Of a DNA stretch of 64,000 bases, positions 62,783 through 64,000 are shown in pieces (within the stretch, counting starts at the first letter, position 1; the number at the start of each line of letters is the position of its first letter). The DNA comes from a virus (lineage: Duplodnaviria; Caudoviricetes), in IMG/VR virus record IMGVR_UViG_3300035696_000004, positions 64,001 to 128,000 of that record. One strand, given 5' to 3'. A program made the position numbers and the translations under genes. The notes beneath the pieces were generated by a model. The model was not told where the DNA came from. It was given only the letters and a program-made list of their open reading frames with translations, and searched no databases.

Positions 62783-64000
62783 TTACTTGTAGCAAGCGAT
62801 GGAGCGTTCGACCATCACGATGGCGGACTTGCCCGAACGGAGCAGGTGACCCATCAGTTGACCAGCCGGATCCTTAGTCCAGGACGCGAAGGCGGTGTTG
62901 AAGGACAGAATGGCCTTGAATTCGCGACCCTTCAGCTTCTCGTCGTCCTTCTCGCTGTTTTGCAGCTTGTCGCACTCGGAAGCAGCCTTGCCCGAAGCGG
63001 TCTTCAGGGTTTCGGACGCCTTCTTCAGATCACCGAACTTCTTGCCGCGACCGAAGTCTTCGACCAGACGCAGGATCTTCTCGATGTTGCCCAGGACAGC
63101 TTCCATTTCCGACGGGGACATGGCGGCGAACTTGTGTTCACCGGTCACTTCACCGCCGGTACGCTTGGTCGGAACGAGTTCCAGACCGGCCTTGCGCCAG
63201 CGTTCCAGGCTACCCAGATGACCTTGTTCGGAAACCGAGTCCGAGAACTGCTTGGTCAGCAGACTCACACCGCCGAGCAGCGGGTGACCGATCTGGCAAT
63301 TGTAGCCAGAGTAGCGGGTATCAGCCGAGGCGCCCGGTACCTTGAGGGCACTGAACTTGCTCTTCAGGAGGTCCTTGACTTCCACGCACTTCGCAGCGGT
63401 GTTGTCGGGCTTCACTTCGCCGATGATCTTGGCGAGGCCTTCGCCGACGGATACGACAGCCGGAGCGTAGGTCGTGAACGCGAACGAAGCGGCGCCTTCC
63501 AGGGTGCTCAGGGCGGCCTTCAGTTCGGTGGCGTTCTTGACGACCTTGCCATCTTCAGCCAGGCCAGCCGGCGAAGCGATCTTGAAGTCCGACTTTTCTT
63601 TGTTCAGCTCCATCTTACGGCAGGCTTCGGCCTTGGTCTTCAGACCTTCGATCTGACGACGCATCACCGGCACGTTGCCGACGACCTTGTAGAAGAAGTC
63701 GGAGATGTACTTCCAAATCTTCTTCAGGTATTCCAGGATGGTGTTCCAGATCCGGCGAGCGGTGTCGGTCGCAGCTTCCATGGCGATACGGCTGCCACGA
63801 GCGGATTCGGTAGCGACTTCCTGGACCGGGATGGTGGATTCCGGTTCCACTTCGGTACCGGCCACGGCCATTTGGGTGGCCACGCCGATCAGTTCGGCTT
63901 CACGCGGGGTGACTTCGTCCGAACCATTGCCCATGACTTCGGCCAGGTCTTCGAAAGCTTCACCGATTTCCAGGGCCTGGCCCGCTTCTTTGGCAGCCGC
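62783..64000 (-). CDS. phiKZ-like internal head protein, 5'-truncated by window end
   Basis: Frame open to 64000; AMEAATDTARRIWNTILEYLKKIWKYISDFF = xxE cleavage motif plus amphipathic helix; strong codon bias. Confidence 0.8.
   Translation of the reverse strand, partial: AAAKEAGQALEIGEAFEDLAEVMGNGSDEVTPREAELIGVATQMAVAGTEVEPESTIPVQEVATESARGSRIAMEAATDTARRIWNTILEYLKKIWKYISDFFYKVVGNVPVMRRQIEGLKTKAEACRKMELNKEKSDFKIASPAGLAEDGKVVKNATELKAALSTLEGAASFAFTTYAPAVVSVGEGLAKIIGEVKPDNTAAKCVEVKDLLKSKFSALKVPGASADTRYSGYNCQIGHPLLGGVSLLTKQFSDSVSEQGHLGSLERWRKAGLELVPTKRTGGEVTGEHKFAAMSPSEMEAVLGNIEKILRLVEDFGRGKKFGDLKKASETLKTASGKAASECDKLQNSEKDDEKLKGREFKAILSFNTAFASWTKDPAGQLMGHLLRSGKSAIVMVERSIACYK

Noticed and set aside
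1-64000. tRNA or rRNA genes
   Set aside because: No cloverleaf with GTTCGA T-loop and no rRNA signature seen by eye; tRNAscan-SE would be definitive

Overview
This window is from a phiKZ-related jumbo phage (Chimalliviridae-like, inferred from virion-protein synteny and phiKZ-type TATATTAC early promoters). Two plus-strand internal-head-like genes (to 1978) are followed by minus-strand genes throughout. About 40 kb are early/accessory genes: BCS1-like AAA ATPase, Toprim-NADAR fusion, dCTP deaminase, dTMP kinase, QueC-like, DHH phosphoesterase, GNAT, a Ser-less ACP-like protein, degenerate HNH proteins and many paralogous hypotheticals. Next come a prophage-like amidase/transglycosylase/holin block (40.9-42.5 kb), a tail-fibre region with two P2-type fibres and free-standing tip-domain genes (42.5-55.2 kb), and phiKZ-type structural genes (55.3-64 kb). 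The most striking signal lies in the ORF-poor gap at 13.9-14.37 kb: a complete type I hammerhead ribozyme (minus strand, 14309-14244). Its cleavage would release a roughly 310-nt, densely base-paired, pseudoknotted RNA that matches no family I recognise, ends at a terminator and sits directly upstream of a degenerate NUMOD4-HNH gene and the Toprim-NADAR gene. Other highlights are a gp38-type adhesin ending in a mini-intein/Hint domain and an array of standalone C1q/gp53 fibre-tip cassettes. All family assignments come from motif recognition and memory; no database searches or folding programs were run.
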